Positions 40,501 through 53,211 of a stretch of DNA of 64,000 nt are shown in pieces. The number at the start of each line of letters is the position of its first letter. The stretch's first letter is position 1. The notes beneath the pieces are model-generated. The model saw only the letters and a list, made by a program, of their open reading frames with translations, did not search any database and was not told the DNA's origin. Made by a program: the position numbers and the translations under genes. Source of the DNA: Paragordius varius (Eukaryota; Animalia; Nematomorpha); contig OZ176050.1 in NCBI GenBank assembly GCA_964247055.1, forward strand, positions 7,502,001 to 7,566,000, in the 5' to 3' direction.

Positions 40501-43500
40501 AAAGAAAATATGTGGTGCAAAGGAACCCGATTTGCAAATGTTGAGTTTTATTGGTTTTTTTGCCTTTAAAATTGTTCTTTAAATAGTATTTATGTTATTA
40601 CAGCTGTCATATGCATTAAAAATGATTTTAGTTATAAGACCGTTAAATTTTTGGGCATACGATTTGGGGCTTAAACATTTTTTAATTTTATATTTTTCGG
40701 TTCCTTCTTATTTTTATGAGATTTTATGGAATTTGTTAATAAAAATGTTTTACTAGCTAATACATCCGTTTATAATTTACTTATTACCCTAGTTAATTAT
40801 TCCTTGATGACAAACGAATGATTTAAATTGTTAATTATTTTATATAAATACATATTATATTACAGGAGTTTGTTTTAGATGATATAATATACGCATATAA
40901 ATGAAAAATTGGGTCTTTTTATCTTAAAAAAAATATTTTTTTGGAATAATCCGGCCAAAATATATTAAGCAATATCGTGGTAATTTCCTTTTTAAATTAA
41001 GTATTTAAAAATGCTACACTGCATATTTCAGATAATTATTTTGGAAATAATTTCTTCTGTTACAAATATTTTATCCACAAATAGGCAGTGTTTTATTTTT
41101 TTTTAAAGTTATTTTTAAATTGATAGTTTTTCGTAGATAAAAATAATATCCTAACGCCATCGATTTGATATCTAATACTCGAAGCGGTCGTTTTATCTTT
41201 TAATTTGGGACTGATTTTCTATGACTTTGTTAATTATATAAAATTTAACCAGTGGGCTTTTTTTGCCTAGGCTTTAAGTCAATAAAATTGTATTTTCATT
41301 AATCATTTGTTGTTTTATGGATCACAATATAAAACACATACATTTAAATTTTTTTGATAAATGATATACTAAGAATATAAGGTCTTGGTTGTAATATTTT
41401 TATTAAAAGAGTTAAATTAATAAGTTATTATGATGTTGTTCTGTCATAATTAAATAAATACGATATTTTTTTCGTATCTTTTTTAAATTTTATAATTTTT
41501 CTTAGCCATTTACGTGAGAATCAGAAGCATATCAGCGCTGATCGTTAAATATTAAATAATTTTATATTGGATTTTTGTTGAAAGACTTGTAGAGTGTATT
41601 AATTTATTTATTACAAAACAACTCCTTTTACCGTTAAGTTAATTTTTTTTTAATTTAAAAAATGGAATATAAGATGGCTAGGAACTTAATAAGACTGATA
41701 ATTTTTACTGATCTCTTTTATCTCCATAATAATTTTTTATTTCTTGATGTGTTCTTGATTCTTTATTAATGTAGTCTCTTAACATAGTCCTTCCCCAAAA
41801 TAAATGCTGTTATTCTTTAAATGTCACCCTAATAAAAACGGTTAATAAATATTTAAGTTGCAATTAATTGAAGAGAATTATTTTACAGTGAAGAGTCATA
41901 TTATGGATTTAAAAAATATTTTATGAAAAAAATTATTCATCCATTAAATTTTTTGTGCACTCACTTCGATTCAAATTGAGGTATTTAAATACCTCAGACT
42001 AAATTTGAGTTGTATTTTTTAAAAACTACTGGAGGAATTGGTCCCATTTTAAATTTATGCTTCTATCCTAATAAAAATTATATAAATATGCCCAAATATT
42101 TAAATAAAATTTTGTATTGAAAAAAAAGCATGTCAAACTACTTCGACGCCATTTTTATTTTATAAAATTTTTTGCATAATATCGTCTTTATTTAATTTTA
42201 AGGGTAAAATCAAAGCTAATTTTTTATTTAAATTACATCTAACATTGATAGAAATAGAAAAAGCGGTTTATTTTGTAATATTTTTCAATTTTACCATTGC
42301 ACACATGTCATGTTGACTAAATTTTTACCTTTCGGTTTTAGCTTAAAATAAGTAGTAATATTAATTATTTTTAAATAAATTTTTTTATATATTTCGGTTT
42401 ATTAATGTTATAAGTGCAAAATTTTGCCATGGTTTCCATTTCTTCACATATTTTTTAAAGAATAATTTTGAACAGGCCTGGGGTATTTAACTACCCCGAT
42501 TTGAATGAAGGACTAAAATGAATGTGTTGTATCCAAGTGTTAAAAAAACTCTTTTTCATTATATTTTCCATTTTTAATTTAGTGTAACGGATGCAACTGT
42601 CAAATCACCTACCACAAATCAATCAACTAATAATATCAATCATGTTGCGAACGAAGGTACTTTTATTTTGTTTAAAAGTACAAAATTTAATTTGAAAAAA
42701 GTTGGTAACTAAATTTAATAATTTTTCAAATTTCCTGACAACATTAAGCTTATAAAATTTTTTATTTTTATAACTACGTTATAATATTATTTGCCGGTCT
42801 TTAATTTGCAGCCAAAAAAGTTATGTATAACAATTTTTTTCACCATAAAGAAAATTACATTCATGCCGTCAATATTTTTTGTCAAACATTTTCTTATATA
42901 GGTTCATTGATTAATTTTTTCATTTTTGGACTAATATATATGTATATCTGTAAGTAATAATACTATTTTTAATTGTATTTACTTGGATAAATTGTTGATA
43001 TATCAGTTAAAAGAAGGTTAAATTTGTGTATTACAAAATCCTAATTTTATTCTTCCTACATTCAATATACCACTTCATTAAAAATTTTTTTAGAATCACC
43101 CAATAATAATACTTTGAATGAGAGAACATTGTCCAATCGTCAATCTCTTTCAACGGAAAATAAACCAGTTTATTCTTCTCCATTAGTAAATGGTGGGACA
43201 ACCAATGTCGACAATCACACTCAAGAAGACATATTATCAGCAAAGTTAAATAGGGAAGAAAGCAATGTAACTCAATTGGATCCCAGCAAAACGCCTGAAC
43301 CCCTACTTATTAATTACCGTGAAAATGAAGCTATGTAAGTTAGTTTTGCGTCGTTTTTTTAAATAAAAAGATTAATGTAATATTTAATTATATTAAATAA
43401 TATAAATTTTGAATGTTGACTATAAATTAGGGATTAAAACCGGAATAGTTGTTTTAGAAGCAAATTAAAAAGTTTAAGCTTATTTGGAAACAATTAAACA

Positions 43501-45430
43501 GTTTTGGGGCCGCTTATTACATTTTAAACGTTTTCAAACGGTGTAATATACATCAATTTTTTATATATTAATTTTTTATATTATTGGATTTACGCTGAAA
43601 TATTATTGTTCTTGTAATTATGTAAATTAAGCAATAAATATTAAAACCTAAAAAACATACTTGTAATATTATTAGAAAATTGCCGATACTATTTAAAGTG
43701 TTAAATTCCTTTTTTTCTGTTCTCTATTAATATAAAAACTTTCCTAAGAACATAAGGCAGCAGTTAACAGAATAAAATAAATATTCTGCTTTGGCCTATC
43801 ATGCCTATGGATTTCAAATAAAATTGGGATTGAAATCAAGATTATTTAAGGCTAGTTTTTATATTAAAAAGCACAGAAAATAACAGTAAATAGGACATTA
43901 ACGAGTTAAATAGTCTCACTAATTTTCTTAAAAATATTTCAATTTTTTTATTTTCTTTTTTAATTTACATTCAAGAAAGATTACTTTTAGGAATCAAAAA
44001 TTCTTGTTTTAAATAAATATAATTATTACTGAATTTAAACAAGTCCAATTAATAATTTTGGTGTTAGCTTTATTTTAATGCCTTTTCCATTTATTGAAAT
44101 AAAGGGTATTATTTTTTAGAGTTTTAAGTAAATAGAACATTGTAAAATTTTCAACCTTTATATGTTTAAAGTGTTTTTCTATACCAGTATAATAATTTTA
44201 TAATTTTTGGGGAATAAAACATAATAATATCCACCACAGACGCTAAAAATGACTCTTGAGCCTGGAGAAAAACGAATCCGACTATCTTTTGTCTAATATA
44301 TAAATACACAAACTGTTATGTTAATTTTAAGTTATTTTATTATTTCTTAATGGTTTTATGGGTGTTAGGTATGTTGATATCAAGGAAGATCGGTTAACCA
44401 TTGTATTCAGCACACTCTTTTTGGACGAGGAGGACACTATTATTGGAAAGATATTTTTGCAGGTAAAATATTTTGTGTCACATATTATGCTATCAAAAAT
44501 TATATAGCAAAACATGATCAGAATTAAGACTTTTTTCTAAAAAAAGAATACCATATTTTTTAACCTTAATTTTTTGACATGTGTATATCGTTTTGAGTTG
44601 TTGATTAATAAATAAGGGATAAAATGGAAATAGATTAAACATTATCATCTCTTATAGCGAATTCAATATAGTAGGTAATATAAAAAATTAAGGATAAATG
44701 TGGTTGTATATATATAAAATATTATTTTACTTTTTTTTGAATAGGTAAATAATAAGTTTACGGTATTTAATATTATTTTAAAAGTAATTTACTCTTATAT
44801 TTTTTCTACAGGAATTTAAGGAGGGCAGAAAAGCTAGTCAAAATGCACCACACATTTTATTTGGTACCGAACCGCCACGTGAATTTTTATCACGCGGGAT
44901 TGAAAAAACGAGCCCAAACATGGGCTACATAACATTTGGTATACATATATATTTATTTTCCAGAAACTTACTGTTTAAAATTAGATAATTATAATTTATA
45001 ATCAGGGTATTAATTATATTTGTGCAATCAATTTTATATAATTAATAATTAATTATATACAAGCTATTGTTAAGACCCTAATTCTTATTATATTATTTAT
45101 TACTGTATATATATTTTAGTATTGTTTCCGCGCCATACCTCACCACAAAACAGAGAAAATACGGTGGATTTGCTTTTCTCTTTCCGAAACTATTTCCATT
45201 ACCACATAAAATGTTCTAAAGTAAAATTTGCTGAAGAATCTGTTTTTCATATTAAAACATCTATAATTGATTTTATTTAACACAATGTTTTTCAATTTTT
45301 AGATCTATCACGATAATTTTTTTGTTATGTATGTTTATATTAGGCATATGTACATTCCCGCATGCGAACAAAAACTAGTGATTTTTTGAAAATTTTGAAT
45401 CGGGCCAAACCTGACAAAATTATGTAATTT

Positions 45431-45464
<34 letters not shown>

Positions 45465-46517
45465 CATATTCTTAATAATACGATAATATTTTTGTCATCC
45501 GCGAATATTCAACTATTATTACTTCAATTTGCTATATTTAAATTTCGGAAAATATTTTAACAGTCTAACTTATTTATAATATTAATTTTTAACCAATTAT
45601 CCAAAATCATCATAAGTTTTGGATACATTTAAACATTTTATATTTATTCGTCGTTTTCTATATAAAACCTTCGCTCTCAAACGGTTTAACGATAGAATAT
45701 ATTCTTAGCTTAATGAATTAGTTAAATAAAAACTAGTTATACGCGTTAGAATATCTTAAATATCGCTTACAATTTAGAGCTCGAAGATTGAGTGAAAATG
45801 TTTCCAATATGCCTCGCAAATCGCTACATTTAGATAATTGGGCATAGTATATTTTTTCTTCCATAATATATCGCGCTCTTATATAATTCATTTCAAATGA
45901 AAAACTTAATATTTGCATAATTATTATTTGATTAATGTTCGCGTTTATATTTAGTAAATAATTGTTTCATATTTACAATAATTTTTTGCATATGGAATCG
46001 TTATAATTTATAGATTTTGACATCGCGCAAAAAATTATATCGCTTATCTCCATCTTTTACTTAACAATAAATGTTAATTTAAACCTTTTACCCCTTATTA
46101 TTAACATTAATTACATGATAAACTTAAAAAAATTGTAAATTATATTTTTATATACATTAACATTATATCTCATTTTGTTATATGTCGTATACAATGAACT
46201 AAGTATCCGATATTATTCTTATATTATCATATATTTTAATTGATTTTAATGATAAATTTTACCCTTAAGTCGTCTTCAAAATCTCAATAATTTATTTTAA
46301 TATATATATATACATATATTGTAGAAAGGGCCCAAAACATTTTACTAATATGATCAGTGCTAAAACACAATCCCAACGAAGCATACCTCAATCAGTTACA
46401 GAATCTTGTGGGGATCATATTGCTGGCAATCGTAATAAGCAAAAAATAATGTCAAATAATAAATTAACCAATTCAAAATTACTGGGAAAACCACCTGTTT
46501 CAATAAATCATTACTGA
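37560..46517 (+). CDS. ARPC2: Actin-related protein 2/3 complex subunit 2 (p34-Arc) with large insertions, ~525 aa
   Basis: Exons 37560-37633, 37656-37690, 37717-37775, 37801-37854, 37876-37924, 37994-38390, 42583-42656, 43094-43334, 44369-44462, 44812-44938, 45120-45220, 45344-45423, 46325-46517 (1578 nt, in frame). Motifs: [120 protein letters not shown]. The last exon is less certain; an unspliced stop lies at 45425-45427. Confidence 0.93.
38432..39007 (+). mobile_element. TTAA/piggyBac-like MITE (family A) in ARPC2 intron 6
   Basis: TTAA on both sides, terminal CACTT, subterminal inverted repeat TTCGATTCAAATTGGGGTATNTAAATACCCCAG; 576 bp. Confidence 0.85.
41962..42539 (-). mobile_element. 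TTAA/piggyBac-like MITE (family A) in ARPC2 intron 6, inverted relative to the 38432 copy
   Basis: cacttcgattcaaattgagg start and ...gttgtatccaagtg|ttaa end; roughly 85% identical (by eye) to the reverse complement of 38432-39007. Confidence 0.85.
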
Positions 46518-49500
46518 CCCATGGGTTTAATGTCTTCCACCCCAAGAATATTTTATGTAACATGATATATTTTTTGGTTTCTTTTTTTTTGTACATATAC
46601 ACCATATATACTAATTTTATTTTATATAATATTGTAATTATCTCACTTCCCATTAACACAGCATTTCTATACATAAATACTATTTATATATATATATACT
46701 CTTTACTCCAATTCATTACCTAAATAGTATTTATTGAAGCAAATGAACATCACTAATTATGATTTGCCATATATGATAACACTTAATATTATTAAATATT
46801 ATAAACACCTTCACGAACCAAATAGTAAAAAGAGAACATGTACAGGATGAATGGTTATATGTAAGCCCACCTATTGTTTGATGCATAATGATTTTAGGTA
46901 ATCGATACTTAAATAAATCCATATTTGATTTTACTTTGACACTTTTGATATGCCAGATGGTTTGATGGTAATTTTTTGTAATACTATGACTGAAGAGTTA
47001 TTCACTTTAGCATTTCCGATTTATTATTAAGGAATTATCATATTAAAAACATTAAAATTTACTTATTAAATATGTTAATGAGCAGTGTTTTACATAATTT
47101 ATAGTTTAAGTGGTGCAGGACTAATATTTATATGAAATTGATTATTTTTACGTTTTTATTCGTTACACTTGTATTTTAATACCTTATGCTATTAAACATT
47201 ATTTTATGTTAGAATATTTTGTTGATTTATGCTCGCGATCCAAACTATTCTTTTACATCAAAGCTTTCCAGGATAAAACAATTTTATTGGCTTTCTAATA
47301 TTATATTGACACACAGTTATAACATAAACTTTTATTTTATGGTATTTCGAAGCATGATGACTAGTATAGAAACCGTTTAATATAATACTCTACATATCCG
47401 ATGTTGCTAAAGAATCAATAACCACAAATAATATTAATCTGATGTGATAACAATTTTAAACATTGAAAAAGTGTTTTAATATCTTTAACATGATTATATA
47501 TATGCCTCAAAATACCATAAAATACGCTTCAATCTTAAAACTAAATTTATATCAATAAATTAACTTTTATTTTGCTGCATAATCCAGCATATATTAAACA
47601 TTCTTGTCATAAAGAAGGCCATTTTAGTGGGAAAATTTTAAACATTCGGCACACACCCAAAATTAAAAATTGATTAGCTTTTCAAACATATTTTTATAAT
47701 GAAGCATTCCTTCATTAAAAATTTATTAGAAAATATGTAAATTTCGCAATTTTTCGTTATGAAGCAATTATTTTAAAAATGCGATTAATTATCTTAATCA
47801 CGCGTAAGGGCCAAAACCAAAAGCACCATAAGTGCATTTTTTTACCAGTAAATATGTAATCAGGATATTTTTTGTACACTGTGTAATTAAATGGCTATAA
47901 AATCGTCATTTTTCGAAACGATTCAACAAAAAAAACAGAAATAATTGACGGTCAAAAGTTAAATCCAGGTTTGCAATTAATATTTCCAAGAATTCTTCGA
48001 GATTTTAATTTATCTTACTATAAAAACTGGCAAATATCGTAAAAATTGATATCATACGGACAAAACGTAAAAATATAAAGACAATATTTTTTTCCTAAGA
48101 CAACCATATTTTTAAAACCTTAATTTTTCTCATATTAGATATTTATTTACGATTGTAAAGTATAGAATTTATTGTGTTAGATTGATATATCTCTATTTCA
48201 CACTTTGCCATTTAAAACAATGAGTTATATTGAAATAAATCATGATTTAAAAAGTATGATTATCTTCTAAAAAAACATATTTGTCATTATATTTTCAAGA
48301 TTAGTCCGTATAATATCGTTTTTACTGTAAAATGTATTTTGATTTAAAAATAGCATAAATAACTATAAAATGCTTTAACATTTTGAAAAAAATCTCGCTA
48401 ATTTATAATTAATTGTTTATTTTTAACTTTATGTGATAACTGTTTTTTTTAACTGAAAACTTGCAAATTCTAAAATGAACCTAATTATGAAGTAAAATAT
48501 TTCGTATCCTATTTAGTAAAAAATTCTTTAGTTTAAATCTGGGATAAGACACGCCTCATTTGTGCATTTTTTATATGAAAATAATGAGTTATGCAATTTG
48601 TTGCCTTTTAAGCGCATTAATAAATAATACTTTTGATAATTGATATTGTAAATGTCCTTATATCAAACTTGCCGCCGAGTATTTTTTCTGAATTTTTTAG
48701 TTGCAAAAAAACTGGCATATCATATTTTGATCAAAAAATAATTAATGTCTTGAACGCCATTTAGAATATCTATCTTAAGATAAGAATAATTTTTGCTAAA
48801 TCTATATATATATTAATAAAAATCCAGAATGTTGGCTGATGTTCCGAATATATATAGATCTATTCGAATTGAAAATCAAATTTTTATTTTAATTGCTTAT
48901 CACACATATACCAATTTTTTAAAATTAAACCCTATGCTCTACCTTGTCTGGAACAAGAGGTGATAAACGGGCTCCAAAAAATTGTGCTAGGCAATTTACT
49001 GAAAAAAGGGTAGGTCCATTCAACAATAATATTTTTTAATAATGTGTTCAACATATTAGACCCGCAATTATTAATTAGTGCCGGTATTTAGCCGCTTTCC
49101 ATAATAGGATCTTTTTTGCACATAACCAAACTCCCATAATTAATTTATAGTAAATGGTAAAAACGCTTATAAATGATTATTAAAAAATAAATAGTTAATT
49201 TATTTAATAAATATCTAATTTTCGATTATTGTTGTATAACCTTCTTTAGGATAAAAAAAAATTAAAACGAAATCAAAAAAGAAATAAAATGAGGAAAATG
49301 ATGTGTGGTAAAGGTGTTTATAACTATTGAAAAAAACCAGTAAACATTACTGGAAAAACCTAGTTATAAATACCCTTAATTAATGAATGGATGGATTTCA
49401 CAATCGTTTTATTATAATTGACATAAGTATAATTGATTGTATTATAGTTGCATTATAAAATATTATTTTAAAAACTCGCTTATACGCGTTTTTGCCATTT

Positions 49501-50292
49501 ACTTTAACTTGATTTATAAATGCGTGATTCCTTACTTTTTTCCTAAAATTATTTCGCAATCTACCAAAATTATATGAATATCAAAATCATTTGCGATTTC
49601 AGGCGATACAAGTATAAAGGAGAGAATTTTGGTTGAACGCTTTTTGGGTTCCACGTGTAAAAGGCACCACTATAACAGTGGGAGATCGGGTGGGAAAAAT
49701 ATGATAAATTATGTATTCTGATAGGAAAATGTATCGGAATTCTCGTGAAACTTTTGTTAAAATTTTGGCAGTATTTTACTTCATTGTATTTTGAAGCATA
49801 CATCTAAAATTAATTTAATATAAATAATGTTTTTCATTAAAAATATACATTAATGATAATTTGTGGAATTAAGCATTTAGCTTGTACCAAAACAAAATTG
49901 ATTGACAAAATGTGTGCTAATTTTGCGATTTTTTAATATTAGGAATACCACACAAGATAACTTTCTTATTATTAAACCCAAATATACCATGAAAAATCTG
50001 ATAGATGTCATCAGAATATTTTCGTCAAATATTTTTTCAATACACTTCTATAAAGCTGATTTTTGTAAAAGCTATGATATCATGTTTTGGTTTAAATTCT
50101 CGTAAGGCATAGAACGCCTTTTTTGAATTACTCGCTGAGTAGGCTCTATTTTTAGTTAAATGCGCTATCATATAGATATAAAAGGGTTTTAAAGGTAAAT
50201 TATATCCAATTCGTCTTCAAATTATTATTAAATACAAATTGTGTTTTTTTTTACAAATTTTTAGCAAAATTTTGAAGTTAAGCAACCTTTAA

Positions 50293-50866
50293 CACTTCGA
50301 CTCAATTGGGGTATCTAAATACCCCAGACTAAATTTGATTTAGGATATTTAAAAAAATACTGAAGGAAACGGTCCCAATTTAAATTTATGCTTCTATCCT
50401 GATAAAAATTATTTAAATATGCCAAAATATCTTAATAAAATTTTGTTTTGAAAAAAAAGTTTCATGTCAAATTTCTTCGACGCCATTTATATTTTACAAA
50501 ATTTTTGGAAAATATCGTGTTCATTTAATTTTAAGGGTAAAATTAAAGCTATTTTTTATTTAAATTACATCTAACATTAATATAAATAGCAAAAACGGTT
50601 AATTTTGTCTTATTTTTCAATTTAAACATTGCACACATGTCACGTTGACTTAATTTTTACCTTTCGGTTTTATAAAATAAGTAATATCAAGTATTTTTGA
50701 ATAAATTTTTTTATATAATTCAGTTTATTACTGTTATATAAGTGCAAAATTTTGCCATGGATCCAATTCCTTCCATATTTTTTAAAAAATTTAATTTTAA
50801 ACCGGCCTGGGGTAAACTACCCCAAATTGAATCGAAGGAGTAAAATGAATGTGTTGTATCCAAGTG
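50293..50866 (-). mobile_element. TTAA/piggyBac-like MITE (family A), intact
   Basis: TTAA on both sides with both asymmetric termini present; 574 bp. Confidence 0.88.
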
Positions 50867-51254
50867 TTAATTTTAAATTTTAGAGCCATAATATTCAATA
50901 TAATTATGAAAAAAAAGGTTTTTATACCGTTTACATTATGCCTCAAAATAGTAAGAAGTACGCTTCAATAAAATTTTCCTAAAAAGTAATTTTTTGCAAA
51001 AAGTATGCATATTTGAAAAATAATTTTTTAATGTCAAAATTGTATAGTATATAATTTAATTTTTTATCGCTAATCCCGTCATTTTTGCGTTTATATTAAA
51101 AGATAATCCATTTTGGAAAAGCGAAAAAATTTGAGACTCTCGGAGCATACATCTAAAAATTTTTAAAATATTGTTTCATTTTTAACAGGTAGTTTATAAT
51201 ATATTTTAATATTTTTTGAAATGAAACATTTAGCTTCCGCCAAAAAATTCGAAT

Positions 51255-51847
51255 TGTGGTTGTTGGATACTCCAGGCTTGTTTAAAATTTAATATTTCAT
51301 TATAGAATAAATTAAAACGATGGCAAAACTCTTTACTTATATAACATTAATAAACCGGTAAAAAAAATTAATTAAAAAATACTTGATTATTCAGAAGTAA
51401 AACCCAAAGGTAACAAATTTGCCACATAAAAATAATTCAAATTATACCACTTTTTCTGATTATAATAATATTGTTGAATGTGATTTTAATAAAAAGGTAA
51501 ACTAAATTTTAGCCTTCGATTCAAAAACCAAGATTTGCAAAAATGTAAATTAAAAATGGCGTCGAAGTAGTCTGATACGGAATTTTTTTTCAAAACTAGA
51601 ATTTATTTAGACATTTTAGTTTATTTATATGAAGAATAAATTTAAATTGGAACCGTTCCTTTCAGTAGTTTTTCAAAGTGAATGAAGTAATAATATGAAT
51701 GTCTTGTATTCAAGTGTTAAACAAAATGTGCGCAAATTTTGCAATTTTCTGATATGGAGCTACTTAACACAAAAGGGTAAATAATTTTCTTATATCACTC
51801 GTTAGGGTCAAAACCAAAAACATGATAATCTGGATACATTTTCCTAG

Positions 51848-51898
<51 letters not shown>

Positions 51899-52960
51899 TT
51901 CATCAGGTTATTTTTATATACCTTCCGATTTCGGACTTAAGGTATCAAAATAAAAGGTTATGTTTGCCTCTTTTACTAAAATGGGATAAATCCTGACCCT
52001 AATTAAAAACGGCCAATTTTATAATTTTAAATATCATTTATTTCTGTTAAAACTAAACTAAAAGAATTCTAAAATCAATTATTTACATTTTCTAACCATA
52101 ATATATATTCATTTAGCTGTTGTATGAGCAATTTAAGAAATTTGGCTGCGAAAAAGTTCGCGTTGAGGATTTTGTAAAATTGTATTATTTTAAAATGTTT
52201 TTTTAATTCTAGAAAGCTAAAGCATATATTTTATATTAGCCCAATACCTTTAACACTTCGATTTTGGGATCTTAAGACCCCAGACTGTATTTAAGTTGAT
52301 ATTTAATTACTGAAAGAGACACTTCTAATCTAAATTTATGCTATCAAAAAATGAATTAAAATAAACCAAAATAAATATTATTTATTACCGAAAAAGGCTC
52401 ATATAAACACTTGGATACGGAACATTCATATCAATGCTTAGATTTGGGGTAGTTGGATACCTCAGACCTTTTCAAAATTAAATATATCAAAAAATATGAA
52501 ACGAATTGAAAACATGGCAAAAATTTGCACATTTATAATATTAATAAACCGAAATATATAAAAATTTTCATTCAAAAATACTTTATATCAATTATTTTTA
52601 GTTAAACCTCAAGGTTAAAATTTAGTCAACATGACATCTGTGCATTAGATAAATTTAAAAATACCACCAATAAACCACTTTTTCTGTTTCTATCAATGTT
52701 AGATGTGATTTAAATAAAAAAATAGATTTTATTTTAGCTTAAATCAAATAAACACTATATTTAACAAATATGTTTTAAAATAAAAATGGCGTCACTTTAA
52801 TATGGAACTTTTTTTTCTAAACCAATTTTTTTATATATTTGGGCGTATTTATATAATTTTTATTTAAATAAATTGGGACCGTTTCTTTCAGTAGTTAATT
52901 TTAAAATTTCAACCTAAATATAATCTGGTGTATTTAAATACCCCAATTTGAATCGATTAA
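51255..52960. mobile_element. Cluster of partial and rearranged family A copies mixed with family D fragments
   Basis: Forward partial copy ~51260-51680 fused to a reversed left end (to 51716); isolated right end ~52253-52350; forward copy ~52409-52955; family D arm fragment ~51720-51915. Confidence 0.6.
51853..51891. repeat. (TA)n microsatellite (others at ~21880-21906, 24232-24255, 31632-31670, 45436-45460)
   Basis: Uninterrupted TA dinucleotide run. Confidence 0.9.
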
Positions 52961-53211
52961 ACCACTTCGAATCCATTTTGATTTTACATTGTTGCAAAAT
53001 ATCGTGTTTATTTAATTCTAACGCTTTAATTAAGGCTAATTTTTTAGTTAAATCACATCTAACATTGTTAAATTAACACTACGATTCAAATTGGGGAATC
53101 TAATACCCCAGACTAAATTTAAGTTAGGATTTTTAAAAAACTACTGAAGGAAACGGTCCCAATTTAAATTTATGCTTCTATCCTGATAAAAAATATTTAA
53201 ATATGCCAAAA

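Noticed and set aside
46396-46674. Minus-strand hydrophobic ORF (…GWKTLNPW…) as a membrane protein gene
   Set aside because: It largely overlaps, antisense, the phase-matched last ARPC2 exon (46325-46517), and no family motif was recognised.
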